Below, piece by piece: positions 28,476 through 38,280 of a stretch of DNA of 64,000 bases; the stretch's first letter is position 1; each line of letters begins with the position of its first letter. The notes below the pieces were generated by a model that was not told the DNA's origin, did not search any database, and saw only the letters and a program-made list of their open reading frames with translations. The stretch lies in IMG/VR virus record IMGVR_UViG_2541047680_000004. The stretch is one strand, 5' to 3'. Source of the stretch: a virus (Duplodnaviria > Heunggongvirae > Uroviricota > Caudoviricetes). Position numbers and translations under genes: made by a program.

Positions 28476-30050
28476 TCACTCGTTCTCTTGAGTAGATGAG
28501 TCCCCATTCCCTCGGGGTTGATCTTGCCCTCTTTCTTGGGCTGCACCACGATCATAAGTAAGTGCTGACTTATTTTCAAGGGTATTTAGATCATTTTTTG
28601 GAGGAAAATTCAAGAGATCTTTATCAAATTCCTTTTTCATCGCCTCAGTAATGTTCGGGAAAATCTTCTCAATAAGCATTTCCATCTGGTGACGACGTAC
28701 AGAGTCCGGTGCCTGAAGTAATGACAGTTTCTCGGCAACAGAAAATTCATCAGTAAGGCCACGAATATCGAAACTTTCTGGATACGCAATTAAAGAGTGG
28801 TCTTCGTCCAGATCTACCCCCATCCATTTCGCAACCAGTAGCATGATTTGGCGTTCAGCCCTTTCCAGACGCTCTGCTTTTGTGACAAGCAAGCTATTTA
28901 CACGCTGGAAGTCATACATTTTTGCGGCACCAGATGAGTTATCGATTCCCTGTGCGTTGTCCTGCTTCGTTCGCTCACCAGCTACACCAACTGAATGGTA
29001 GATTTCGTTAATCACCGTCTTAATCGTAGTGATGATCATCTGAGCTTGTTTCGGGTCTGGTGACAGATAAAACGGCTGGTTTCCACCTTCAGAATCGTAG
29101 GTGAAGACTCGCTTTGTGCCCATTTCAAGCACTTTAGTGTGGTTTTCATCACCAGGTAAAAGCGACTGTACTGGTATAGCCAACTGGCTAAATGTCTGAT
29201 CCTGAATAATGGCATCAAGGTTTGACAGATAGTTTGCAACCGCACGATCAAGATAAGCGATATCATCGATCAACGATGGGCTGAAATACGGTGATTCACT
29301 TTCTCCAATACAATCAACAGGAAACACAGGAACTACGCTGAGATTATGCTCACCGCTATCCTCTAAAATAACTTTTGCCTGACGGCGACCTGCTCCACCA
29401 GCGCCCTTCTTCACTTCCTCACGGAACAGATACCACTCGTTTTGTGTCCACAGACGATAACGTTGGTATTCCTGACCTGTAGAAGTAAAAGGATCTGCGT
29501 CATCGCGAGCGACTTCCACAATTAACGCCCATAACATATTCCCGTCGTCGTCCCATGCCACATCCAGCATTTGCTGAGGTGAAATCCAGTAGGCGTAGGC
29601 GCGAGCATCTTTCTTTTTCTCGTCAGCTACTGACTCAACATCACCACTCATCGTGCTATCGACAACAACCCATATGCGACCGTAAATAGACGACTGCAAA
29701 TCAATAGCGGCCATAAATGAGTCAATAGAGGCATTCTGGCGAGTCGCACGTTTCCAGAAATTGCGGATCTGCTCTGGTGCCTCTTCGATATTTCTATGAA
29801 TGTCTTCTTTAAAGAGATATTTGTTGATGAGGTTTACCACCTCACGAGTGTGGTTGAAGCGATAAGCACGTTCAACTCGCTCCTTAAACTCCTGATCTCC
29901 CTCTTTAAAGTAACGAAAGATATTGTCTGTAAACCAACCACGCCCGCCAGCGTAAGTGCTGGCGAGGAAGTCCCAATGTTCTTTTTTCTTTTCGTATTCC
30001 GGGTGGCGTCGCGCCACCAGATCCTTAATTTGTTTGTCGTTCAATTCCAT
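28476..30050 (-). CDS. portal protein
   Basis: 524 aa immediately downstream of TerL; size and position. Confidence 0.7.
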   Translation of the reverse strand: MELNDKQIKDLVARRHPEYEKKKEHWDFLASTYAGGRGWFTDNIFRYFKEGDQEFKERVERAYRFNHTREVVNLINKYLFKEDIHRNIEEAPEQIRNFWKRATRQNASIDSFMAAIDLQSSIYGRIWVVVDSTMSGDVESVADEKKKDARAYAYWISPQQMLDVAWDDDGNMLWALIVEVARDDADPFTSTGQEYQRYRLWTQNEWYLFREEVKKGAGGAGRRQAKVILEDSGEHNLSVVPVFPVDCIGESESPYFSPSLIDDIAYLDRAVANYLSNLDAIIQDQTFSQLAIPVQSLLPGDENHTKVLEMGTKRVFTYDSEGGNQPFYLSPDPKQAQMIITTIKTVINEIYHSVGVAGERTKQDNAQGIDNSSGAAKMYDFQRVNSLLVTKAERLERAERQIMLLVAKWMGVDLDEDHSLIAYPESFDIRGLTDEFSVAEKLSLLQAPDSVRRHQMEMLIEKIFPNITEAMKKEFDKDLLNFPPKNDLNTLENKSALTYDRGAAQERGQDQPRGNGDSSTQENE

Positions 30051-30061
30051 TTGAATAACCT

Positions 30062-30081
30062 TAGATAATTACTTACCTATC
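30062..30081. promoter_or_regulatory. family-2 dyad-like motif (GATAATTACTTACCTATC)
   Basis: in the 26-bp gap between terL stop and portal start. Confidence 0.3.
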
Positions 30082-31333
30082 GAGAACCACCAAGAATAAC
30101 ACGGTTTTTGACTGGATACCTACGATGTACTGGATAGCCCAATGCGTCTGCACTATGCTCAATGCCACCTGTCTTATCCATATCTCGTGTTCCAGGCTTG
30201 TAGATGACTTTTTCCAGTGAATCAATCAAATGCTTGCACTTCGGATCGATATACAGCCGGATATCTCCAGATGCGGTCATCAGCATTCGGTTAACAGCAT
30301 TAACACGATCCGCAATTGGCGGGTGCTTTTTCGAATAATCGACACGTAAGAATCCCTTCTCTTTGAATATGTCGACGTCAGACTCCCCGCGAGCATGTTG
30401 GCGATAAGCACCTGCCGGATCTGGAAATATCGTTATCTGTGATTTCCAGCGCCAGAAGCGTCTCTCAAGCTCATCACAAACCTCTGCCGTGTTAGAGGAA
30501 AAGAGCACCAATTCATCAATTGCCCATAGCTCACCATTTGGCTGAGGTTGCAAAATTACGGAAGACATCGGGTCAATGTTGAAGTCCTGCCCTACCCATA
30601 TAGGTAACCGAGGGTTGAACTGAAGCGGTTTTACATGCACGTTACGATCGAACGGGTAGTAAACGCGCCCGGACATGTTCTCAAAGCTGGCCAGGTACTC
30701 CTGAGCGAACGATTTGGGGTCCATATCGTTCTTAGCAGCTTCAATTTCCGCCGTAGGTACAAACGGAGAATCGGCAGTTACAAACTGCCAGCTCTTCCAC
30801 TGTCCCTTTCTTTGCAGCTCTACGTTCTGGCCTATAGTCCACAGTTTGTGAAATTCCGAGAAGCCTTTTGGCGTACCAATGATCAGTGCACCGCCGCGTG
30901 TCGATGAAAGAGTAGGTCGTAACACCTTGTACCAAGTGTCAGCCTTCATATCCTGAAATTCATCAAGCACTACAAAATGCAACGCTACGCCGCGCAGAGT
31001 GTCAGGCTTATCAGCACCTTTGAGGGCGATCTCCGAACCGTTCTTCAACACGATTGTCATCGTGGTGTCGTTCTTTTTCCTAACCCACTTACGAGGCAGA
31101 ACTTCCTGTAGATCGTCCCACAAAATCTGGCGAGCCATCTGGTAAGTAGGAGCGACATACCAGACCCTTTGCTTTTTTTCCTTTGCCGCCGCACGAATAA
31201 TAGTGGAGATCGACAACCGGGATTTTCCCCAGCGTCGACCAGCACAAACAACTTTAAATCGATGCGGAGACTGGAAGACTTTCATCTGTCCAGAATGCAG
31301 TTGCACAAGACTGAGCGAGGACGGGATTGCCAT
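30077..31333 (-). CDS. terL: terminase large subunit
   Basis: Walker A GRRWGKS, Walker B-like VLDEF, C-terminal nuclease-like region; 418 aa. Confidence 0.9.
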   Translation of the reverse strand: MAIPSSLSLVQLHSGQMKVFQSPHRFKVVCAGRRWGKSRLSISTIIRAAAKEKKQRVWYVAPTYQMARQILWDDLQEVLPRKWVRKKNDTTMTIVLKNGSEIALKGADKPDTLRGVALHFVVLDEFQDMKADTWYKVLRPTLSSTRGGALIIGTPKGFSEFHKLWTIGQNVELQRKGQWKSWQFVTADSPFVPTAEIEAAKNDMDPKSFAQEYLASFENMSGRVYYPFDRNVHVKPLQFNPRLPIWVGQDFNIDPMSSVILQPQPNGELWAIDELVLFSSNTAEVCDELERRFWRWKSQITIFPDPAGAYRQHARGESDVDIFKEKGFLRVDYSKKHPPIADRVNAVNRMLMTASGDIRLYIDPKCKHLIDSLEKVIYKPGTRDMDKTGGIEHSADALGYPVHRRYPVKNRVILGGSR

Positions 31334-31965
31334 TATTCGTCCTCCCCTTCACTTCCATCATCTGTCGCATCAAATTCGCTTAGAGCTTCTTCTTCCAACG
31401 TCTCAAGCAATTCGTCATCGATGATTTCAGGCTCGTCGTCTTCCTGACGTAATTTCGCCACCTGGGAAGGCGTAAGCTCACCAAATACCAGATTCGGAAT
31501 TTCTTCCTCGTCATTTTCCGCATGATCCATGCCCAATGCTTTGGACGAAACTTCAAAGCATTTTGCAAGGGTATTACTGGCTCTCTGTAAGCTCTTGAGA
31601 GAATCCTCAATCGCCCCTAAAGGCTTACCCTCACGTTTGGCCGTAGTGACTTCGACCATCACCATCTGCCCCAACGCATACGCCCAGCCGTCATAACGTG
31701 TACGACGTTCTTCTATCTTTTCCGCACGGGCTTTAGCGCGAAGCTCTGCGTCAGATTTAAGAGACTCACGAACCATCTTCCCAACAGAGTCCGCGCCTTT
31801 CTCTAATCCTCGCTTTTTGAAATGTCTGGAGAGTGTTTCACGACGAATGCCGTACTCTTCCTCCAGCTTTGAGAGTGTATATTCGCCTGACGTCCATTTG
31901 GCTTCAGCTTCGGCCCACTCCGCTGGTGTCAGGCGAGTTTTTACCTCGTCTTTTTCGACCGTCAT
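31333..31965 (-). CDS. terS: terminase small subunit (candidate)
   Basis: 210 aa; N-terminal HTH-like region, very acidic C-terminus; ATGA overlap with terL. Confidence 0.55.
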   Translation of the reverse strand: MTVEKDEVKTRLTPAEWAEAEAKWTSGEYTLSKLEEEYGIRRETLSRHFKKRGLEKGADSVGKMVRESLKSDAELRAKARAEKIEERRTRYDGWAYALGQMVMVEVTTAKREGKPLGAIEDSLKSLQRASNTLAKCFEVSSKALGMDHAENDEEEIPNLVFGELTPSQVAKLRQEDDEPEIIDDELLETLEEEALSEFDATDDGSEGEDE

Positions 31966-31984
31966 AGATCCCTCTAAAACACAC

Positions 31985-32004
31985 AGAGCGCGTCCATGCG
32001 CTCT
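31985..32004 (-). other. hairpin immediately upstream of terS RBS
   Basis: perfect 7-bp stem AGAGCGC/GCGCTCT with loop GTCCAT. Confidence 0.4.
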
Positions 32005-32020
32005 AAAACAACTTGTTTAC
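32005..32020. promoter_or_regulatory. family-1 operator-like dyad (AAAACAA-C-TTGTTT)
   Basis: matches dispersed consensus AGAAAACAAnTTGTTTTCT; upstream of terS. Confidence 0.45.
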
Positions 32021-32030
32021 TGCATCTGCT

Positions 32031-32049
32031 AACCAACTTGTTTTCTGGG
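32031..32049. promoter_or_regulatory. family-1 operator-like dyad
   Basis: AACCAACTTGTTTTCTGGG; second copy upstream of terS. Confidence 0.4.
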
Positions 32050-32080
32050 GTGTTTAATTAGGTCTGGCATGTCTTACGAA

Positions 32081-32136
32081 GCCTGCTTCCGTATATATTT
32101 AATAAGTTACTTATTATTTATATATACAGATGCAGG
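32081..32136. repeat. large AT-centred palindromic element, copy 1
   Basis: arms GCCTGCTTCCGTATAT / ATATACAGATGCAGG around a palindromic AT-rich centre; GGTCTGG 13 nt upstream; related copy at 61660-61716. Confidence 0.6.
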
Positions 32137-32160
32137 TCTTTAAATAAGCTCCCAGACCGA

Positions 32161-32427
32161 TTACATCACCAGTAACTTCGCTTTGGCTCGACCTAAAGTG
32201 GTTAACCCAAGAGTTCGGCGGTGATAGCGATTGTCACTGCGTTGGCGCGTATGCCCTTTCTCCACCAGCCCCTTTTTTATCAGAGCGCGAATTGAGAACT
32301 GGATACTTTGCTTGGTTGTCTTGTACGGCAAAACTTCAAGCAATTCGTCCAGGTCAAGTAGATGACCTCGCTCATAACCGAGATTGAGCGTTTTGATGAT
32401 GTCCTTTTGTTTATCGGTTAACGTCAT
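32161..32427 (-). CDS. small winged-helix-like DNA-binding protein (candidate)
   Basis: 88 aa; helix-turn-wing-like pattern TKQSIQFSIRALIKKGLVEK and basic C-terminus. Confidence 0.4.
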   Translation of the reverse strand: MTLTDKQKDIIKTLNLGYERGHLLDLDELLEVLPYKTTKQSIQFSIRALIKKGLVEKGHTRQRSDNRYHRRTLGLTTLGRAKAKLLVM

Positions 32428-32436
32428 GGCAAATCC

Positions 32437-33327
32437 TTATGCCGGTAAAGCAATTTCTAACGGTTTATCCAAAGGTTGTTTGTCGAATGCCAGCAGTGGC
32501 AGCGTGTCAGGCAGTCGACGGCCAAAGTCAGGGTTTCGGTACACACCATACAACGGAGACGTAAAGCTCAGGTTGTGAATGTCCTTGAGCAGCTTCACAA
32601 TGCTGGCCTCGTCCACCAGACTGTCGGCAATGTCCTGAATCGTCGTGCCACGATTCCGCCCAGCTTTTGCCAGGGAACTGTTCTTGTGGTAGTCCGCCAC
32701 CAGATCACGCAGTGCACGGCGACGACGAGACTCGCTCATTGCGAACAATTCTTTGACGATCGCCTCGTTATCACCCGGGTCGGAACGGAAATGGCGCTGG
32801 AATACACGCAGTGCACTTTCATAGCTCTTCGGTCGCTCAGGGCGGATGAACTTAAACCCTGCTTTCATGGCGAAGGGATTGTATTTGCTCATCGAGGACT
32901 GGATCTCAATGATTGGCCGGTCATGCATCCTGCTAACCAGGTTAATCATTCGATAAGAGACGCCTACGCCACGATACTGAGTATCCACAACTGAGCGACT
33001 GATCACCGCAAAGTTGTTATTCACGTACCGACCCCAGTACTGGTTAGCCACGGTGGTATTAGTGGTTGGTTTCAACTTAGGAAACATGCGGTGGCGAGGT
33101 GCCAGCAGTAGTTTCGGGTAAGCCATAACCACGACGCCCACCAGACGGTCATCAAGTTCGCAGCGATAGTAAGTTGGCGCGAAAGGTTTGCCGTCTGTTT
33201 TGTAGTGAAGCGACTTAAGAGCGTGCCAGTCCTCTACAGTTCCCTTTGTGACAGTCATTCGCTCCAGAAAGTCCAGATGACGCGGAAACTCTTCAGGGCG
33301 GTAGCGTTTAATGATGATGTCCGTCAT
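32437..33327 (-). CDS. GNAT-like acetyltransferase domain protein with C-terminal extension
   Basis: VVDTQYRGVGVSYRMI (R-x-x-G-x-G-like) and NPFAMKAGFKFI resemble GNAT motifs A and B; 296 aa. Confidence 0.45.
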   Translation of the reverse strand: MTDIIIKRYRPEEFPRHLDFLERMTVTKGTVEDWHALKSLHYKTDGKPFAPTYYRCELDDRLVGVVVMAYPKLLLAPRHRMFPKLKPTTNTTVANQYWGRYVNNNFAVISRSVVDTQYRGVGVSYRMINLVSRMHDRPIIEIQSSMSKYNPFAMKAGFKFIRPERPKSYESALRVFQRHFRSDPGDNEAIVKELFAMSESRRRRALRDLVADYHKNSSLAKAGRNRGTTIQDIADSLVDEASIVKLLKDIHNLSFTSPLYGVYRNPDFGRRLPDTLPLLAFDKQPLDKPLEIALPA

Positions 33328-33989
33328 AAATGAACCTCATCATGACTACCATTGTGATATTCCACCTTCACGCGTTCTTTGTAGTGCTTGGTGATCTGCA
33401 TATCCGGGCGCAGCGCGTTCTTCAGGTCTTCGTGAGTCGTCGCCACCATTACCGTCGCACCAACCTTTCGAGCGGCACGCTGGAGGTTAGATGCCACAAC
33501 CTGAGCGGTTACACGGTCTAGAACAGCACCGAACTCGTCAGCAGCCCACACTTTAGCGCCTGACTCAATCAGTTTGGCAATCTTGAGACGATATTTCTGA
33601 CCGTCTGACATTTCAGAAGGCTTGCGAACAAACAGATATGCATCGTTCAGACCAGCCATAGATAACAACCCAAGCGCATCGCTGGTCGTTTTGCCCAACT
33701 GATCGATGACGTTAACCTCATTATCGAAGGTAAAATCATCGATGGAGGCTACAGACAGCCCTTCATCCTTCATCTGTCGTTGCAACTCGCGCAGCACAAC
33801 GGATTTGCCGGAACCGGATTGGCCGGTGATGTACACCACATCGCCCTGCTTCACTTCCAGCTCCAGATTGTCGTAAAGCGTCCACTCTTTTTCGTCCAGG
33901 CCAAGCCCGAACGACTCAGCGATTTCCAACGTGCGCGTGGTTTTATTTACGCGTGTCTGAAACGATACGTTGATGATGTATTTGCTCAT
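33324..33989 (-). CDS. small ABC-type ATPase
   Basis: Walker A GQSGSGKS, signature-like MSDGQKYRL, Walker B VWAADEF, H-loop TTHE; 221 aa, no transmembrane partner adjacent. Confidence 0.8.
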   Translation of the reverse strand: MSKYIINVSFQTRVNKTTRTLEIAESFGLGLDEKEWTLYDNLELEVKQGDVVYITGQSGSGKSVVLRELQRQMKDEGLSVASIDDFTFDNEVNVIDQLGKTTSDALGLLSMAGLNDAYLFVRKPSEMSDGQKYRLKIAKLIESGAKVWAADEFGAVLDRVTAQVVASNLQRAARKVGATVMVATTHEDLKNALRPDMQITKHYKERVKVEYHNGSHDEVHL

Positions 33990-34654
33990 ACAGCCATCTC
34001 CCCGGAAGAGATCTTCTCCGCATATGCCACAAATGCGTCTACCCCGCTTTCTCCCGTCATTTCTTCCATGTGGGCAAGCAAATCACCAACAACAATGGCA
34101 GAGCCAGCAGGAAGCGTTTTAAAGCCCAATACGTCGACAACACGTACTTCTTCCGCTGCAACTTCACGACTGATCTCGGTGTGTTCATCCTTCTGTCGTT
34201 TAGTTTCTTCGCCAAGATCGATAACTAGCGAGTCGGTGTCCATTTCTTCTGTCATGCTGCCAACGAGAACATTCAACTCACGCTCTTCAAAGCCGAAAAC
34301 CTCGATATCGTCCAGAACAAGCGACTCAAGCTCTTTCTGTAGCTTAATTGCATCGTAATCAATGCTGGCAAGTCGGTTATCTTCAAGGCGCTTCGCACGA
34401 ACCTCGTCATCACTGAGATCATCGCGAACAATAACCGGTACGCGCTCAAGTCCAGCAAAAATTGCAGCCTCACGGCGGCCGTGGCCAGTAATAATTACGT
34501 CGTTCTTATCGACCGTAATTGGCTGGTCAAATCCGCGCTTTTTAATGGCTGCGGCTAGATCTCGGATCTGCTGTTCATCATGCTTTTTGGCATTCATCTC
34601 ATAGGGAATAAGATCTGCCGGGTCGCGATATACGATTTCAAACTTTTTGGTCAT
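33986..34654 (-). CDS. ParB/Srx-like N-terminal domain protein
   Basis: motif ITGHGRREAA (GxxRxxA-type ParB box); start set at internal Met overlapping upstream stop. Confidence 0.7.
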   Translation of the reverse strand: MTKKFEIVYRDPADLIPYEMNAKKHDEQQIRDLAAAIKKRGFDQPITVDKNDVIITGHGRREAAIFAGLERVPVIVRDDLSDDEVRAKRLEDNRLASIDYDAIKLQKELESLVLDDIEVFGFEERELNVLVGSMTEEMDTDSLVIDLGEETKRQKDEHTEISREVAAEEVRVVDVLGFKTLPAGSAIVVGDLLAHMEEMTGESGVDAFVAYAEKISSGEMAV

Positions 34655-35334
34655 TACATACGCTCCTTGTAGTAGTCGACCAGCCACACCAGAGCCTCAC
34701 CAGCGTTCTCCATTTCATTACCGGTGTTAATAGCCTGCTCTTTGATGATGTTTTTTATGGTTTCTGCAACACGATCTGACGCATCGAAAGTTACTTTGAA
34801 GCGCATGGTCTGATGTTCCGCCCCCACACGTTCGGTTTTCTCTCGTTTGTCGGTATCGACAGGCTCATCACTACCACGAGACAACGCCTCCAGTGCTTCA
34901 AGGTCGATTGCCGCCTCTTTTGCTAAAACCATCGAGATTTCGTCGTCATACGGGGCGATTTCAGACAGTTGATAGTCAAGTTCTGACTGAATTTCTTCAA
35001 TGAAGCGTTGCAATGCGATTTGGTCGTCTTCACCGTATCGCTCGTTGTCCACCAGTGACATCTGTTTAGCTACGACATCGCTAATTTTGCCCACAGAAAG
35101 CACTGGAACCGTTGAAATTCCTTGCTCAATAGCGGCACGCCAGCGATGTTCGCCGCCGAGGATTTCAAAAAATCCATCTTCAAGTTCACGAGCCAAAATT
35201 GGCTTAAAAAAGCCCAATTTTTCGATAGAACCTTTCAGTTTTTCAAAATTCTGCGCACCAACCGAATTGGTGTTCCAGGTATTCGGGCGAAGGTTGGCAA
35301 CATCAACCTGCAAAATCGTGATTTTTACATCCAT
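34654..35334 (-). CDS. ParB/Srx-like N-terminal domain protein
   Basis: motif ILGGEHRWRAA; first gene of the minus-strand operon; start codon uncertain (ATG at 35334 or GTG at 35352). Confidence 0.7.
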   Translation of the reverse strand: MDVKITILQVDVANLRPNTWNTNSVGAQNFEKLKGSIEKLGFFKPILARELEDGFFEILGGEHRWRAAIEQGISTVPVLSVGKISDVVAKQMSLVDNERYGEDDQIALQRFIEEIQSELDYQLSEIAPYDDEISMVLAKEAAIDLEALEALSRGSDEPVDTDKREKTERVGAEHQTMRFKVTFDASDRVAETIKNIIKEQAINTGNEMENAGEALVWLVDYYKERM

Positions 35335-35352
35335 TTTATTGCTACAATCCAC

Positions 35353-35370
35353 TAAGTAATCACTTACTTA
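35353..35370. promoter_or_regulatory. family-2 dyad TAAGTAA-TCAC-TTACTTA in divergent promoter region
   Basis: perfect 7-4-7 dyad between the ParB-like operon and the helicase operon. Confidence 0.35.
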
Positions 35371-35416
35371 TTATAATAGCCAAATAACATACAAAAGGCA
35401 CTAAGGAAAGAGGTTT

Positions 35417-36976
35417 ATGACTGTTCGGATTGTATCTAACGCAGTTAATGCGCTTATTTCTGGCGCAGATGACAAGGTAAAGCAACTGGTGCAACAGATG
35501 TTGAGCTACGAAGTCGAGACTGGCGACTGGAAGGGCACAAGCACAATGTTCAACTGGAGTAAAAACTCGTTCCCTGCAGGCTTTGCCAAGCCTGTAGCGG
35601 CGAACTTGAACAAGGCGGGCATCAAATGTGTTCATATCCGCAAAGACAAAGCCCCGGCGCTTGGAAAACCAAATCCGGCGGTTAACCCATTCCCATACAA
35701 TCCTGATTATGCGTATCAGGATCAGACTGTGGAAACACTGGTTCGAGAGGGAATGATGATTGCGCAGATCGCTACTGGTGGCGGGAAATCTAACGTTGCC
35801 TGCAAAGCAGCTGCACGTATCGGTCGAATGACATTATTTTTAACAACCCGCTCTGTTCTGATGTTTCAAATGGCCGAAAACTTCCAGAGATCCATCGACT
35901 ACCGCGCCGAAAATGGCGAACCGTGGTTAAAAGACCAAAAGGTTGGAGTCATTGGCTCGGGTGAGTTCCAGGTATCACGACATATCAACGTCGCTACAGT
36001 TCAAACTCTTGCAAGTTTCCTCGAAGAACCACCACGCGATGCAACACCAGATAAGAAAAGCTACCACCTCAAACGTCGGGAGTTGGTGAAACGCTTCCTT
36101 TCAAGTGTCTCTCTTCTTATTCTGGAAGAGGCGCATGAGTCTTCAGGCTCAAATTTCTATGACATCGCCAGATTATGTGTGAACGCAGACTATCGTCTGG
36201 CGCTTACAGCCACGCCGTTCATGAAGGATTCGACGGAAGCCAACATGCGCCTGATGGCGGTGGCCGGGCGAATTGAAATTAAAGTCACAGAAAAGTACCT
36301 GATTGATCGAGGCATTCTGGCAAAGCCGTACTTCCTTTATCATAAAGTTGCCTACAAGCCAGACGAGGCCAGAATCAAGGCCGAACTTGCCAACAAACAC
36401 CTCAATTTTAGAGTTGGTATGAGCACCGCCTACCAAAAGGCTTATCAGTTGGGGATCGTGTATAATTTGGGACGTAACGAGGCCATTGTTCGCGAAGCAT
36501 TGCTCTATAAGCAACATTCTCTCAATTGTATGACTCTGGTTCGTCTTAAACGCCACGGGCAAATCCTGATGGAAATGATGAAAGAGTCCGGCCTTAGAGT
36601 TGACTTCATCTATGGGGAATCTAACCAGGCGACAAGGCAAGCAAAGCTGAACAGTTTAGCGTCTGGAGAAATAGATGTTTTAATAGGCTCGACTATTCTG
36701 GATGTCGGTGTTGATGTGCCAAGCGTTGGTGCGGTCATTCTTGCTGGTGGTGGGAAAGCAGAAGTTGAAATGAGGCAGCGTGTCGGTCGTGGCTTACGAG
36801 CAAAAAAAAATCAGGCAAACGTGTGTTTTATCACTGATTTCATTGACATTAGCAACAAATACCTGTTGTCTCACTCTTATGAGCGAAAACACATCATCGA
36901 CACCACACCTGGCTTTGCAGAAGGTGTATTGCCTATTGATGGAGCATTCGATTTTGGAGTTCTGAAACGAGATTAG
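35417..36976 (+). CDS. superfamily-2 DEAD/DEAH-type helicase
   Basis: motif I ATGGGKS, motif II ILEEAHE, motif III TATP, motif VI QRVGRGLR; about 100-aa N-terminal extension. Confidence 0.85.
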   Translation: MTVRIVSNAVNALISGADDKVKQLVQQMLSYEVETGDWKGTSTMFNWSKNSFPAGFAKPVAANLNKAGIKCVHIRKDKAPALGKPNPAVNPFPYNPDYAYQDQTVETLVREGMMIAQIATGGGKSNVACKAAARIGRMTLFLTTRSVLMFQMAENFQRSIDYRAENGEPWLKDQKVGVIGSGEFQVSRHINVATVQTLASFLEEPPRDATPDKKSYHLKRRELVKRFLSSVSLLILEEAHESSGSNFYDIARLCVNADYRLALTATPFMKDSTEANMRLMAVAGRIEIKVTEKYLIDRGILAKPYFLYHKVAYKPDEARIKAELANKHLNFRVGMSTAYQKAYQLGIVYNLGRNEAIVREALLYKQHSLNCMTLVRLKRHGQILMEMMKESGLRVDFIYGESNQATRQAKLNSLASGEIDVLIGSTILDVGVDVPSVGAVILAGGGKAEVEMRQRVGRGLRAKKNQANVCFITDFIDISNKYLLSHSYERKHIIDTTPGFAEGVLPIDGAFDFGVLKRD

Positions 36977-36978
36977 TT

Positions 36979-37257
36979 ATGAGTGAAAAGAAAACAACTT
37001 ACTGTCAGGTAGCATTGTCTGATAAGGCCAATGACAAACTTGGAAAGTTTCAAGTGAAACTAAAAGAAAAAAATATCAAAATGTCTAAGGCTGAAGTCAT
37101 AAATACCATTCTGGAACAATTGACAATGGCCGACTTTGACAAGGTTATATCTTCTGTCGGGGCTTCCGCTAAGACTCGTGAGAAAATCATGCGTATCTAT
37201 GAGAACTCTAATATGACAAAGGAAGATCTCGAAACGCTATTAAGCAGATTAAAATAA
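36979..37257 (+). CDS. hypothetical small protein
   Basis: 92-aa ORF tightly following the helicase gene. Confidence 0.35.
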   Translation: MSEKKTTYCQVALSDKANDKLGKFQVKLKEKNIKMSKAEVINTILEQLTMADFDKVISSVGASAKTREKIMRIYENSNMTKEDLETLLSRLK

Positions 37258-37325
37258 TCACGCTATCAATTAGGGAGACAAAGATGAAGTCTCCCATACT
37301 GTTCACTTTCTGTTCTAAAACTATC

Positions 37326-37748
37326 ATGAAATACTCGCTTCTCCCTCTACTAACGTTACCAGTGTTGATGCTTACCGCGTGCCAATCACGCCCAATATCA
37401 ATCCATGACGCCAAACCAGCACCGCAGGCCAAAGTGTTCAAGTATCAAAGCGCAGCGCCAGCTACGTTGGTGGTAATGAGAGACACAGGTTTTGTAGGAG
37501 CTGGATGTGATGCTTCCATTTTCATCAACGGCGAAACTGTCGCAAAACTGGCTACAGGCGAAAAAGCGACTTTCCATTTAAATGCCGGAGAATTAATTGT
37601 GGGTGCATCTCTTGAAGGTGCAGGTTTATGTGCTCTAAACCCCGCTCGTCAAGAGCGAGAAACGACTCTGAAGAATGGAGACACAAAAGCGTTCAGGGTG
37701 TTCACCAGCAATTCTGGTGACATCGACATTCTGCCAACAACTCTGTGA
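37326..37748 (+). CDS. lipoprotein
   Basis: signal peptide MKYSLLPLLTLPVLMLTAC with lipobox LTAC; start set at MKYSL. Confidence 0.5.
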   Translation: MKYSLLPLLTLPVLMLTACQSRPISIHDAKPAPQAKVFKYQSAAPATLVVMRDTGFVGAGCDASIFINGETVAKLATGEKATFHLNAGELIVGASLEGAGLCALNPARQERETTLKNGDTKAFRVFTSNSGDIDILPTTL

Positions 37749-37752
37749 TGAC

Positions 37753-38277
37753 ATGACAACCAAAGATATTACCTACGGTATCCAAGCTGAACTCTGGCCG
37801 CGAGATTACACTAACGTTGAAAAACTACTGATGTTCTGGCGCAGAGAACAAATTCCTGTAAGGGTCACTCTCGAAGATGGCCAGGCGTTTTGCATGTACG
37901 TTTATGGCCTCATGCCATCTCGTAACAAAGTTGACCTTTGCCCAGCCCCTTTTGACAAAGAAAATCGTATAAGGCTCCCACTTGAACGCATTAGTACAAT
38001 TGAATCAGGTGTGGTTGACAGTATCGCTCACGATTTCAAAGGTCGACTAACAGTTCACCCTGATTATGTCGATAATCGGCCATCACGCCGCGATTTTTTT
38101 GCAATTTGCAACCAAGCCTACAAAGCAAACAAATCTATAAGGGTGTACATGGCGGATGGCCGTGAAATTGAGGGGGTGTCAGCAGGCGCAGATGCTTGTC
38201 AGGTTACACTACGTGTCGAGAACGGTAGAAAAATAGTTGTTTTGTTCGATTGGGTTGAACGAATTTTGCCTTTTTGA
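37753..38277 (+). CDS. hypothetical protein
   Basis: 174 aa from MTTKDITYG; no motif recognised. Confidence 0.45.
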   Translation: MTTKDITYGIQAELWPRDYTNVEKLLMFWRREQIPVRVTLEDGQAFCMYVYGLMPSRNKVDLCPAPFDKENRIRLPLERISTIESGVVDSIAHDFKGRLTVHPDYVDNRPSRRDFFAICNQAYKANKSIRVYMADGREIEGVSAGADACQVTLRVENGRKIVVLFDWVERILPF

Positions 38278-38280
38278 GTT

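Noticed and set aside
32081-32136. Palindromic element as loxP-like recombination site or telomere-resolution site
   Set aside because: Arm similarity to loxP (CTTCGTATA versus CTTCCGTATA) is partial and the spacer is far longer; two copies per element argue against a telomere-resolution site. Kept only as an unexplained repeat.
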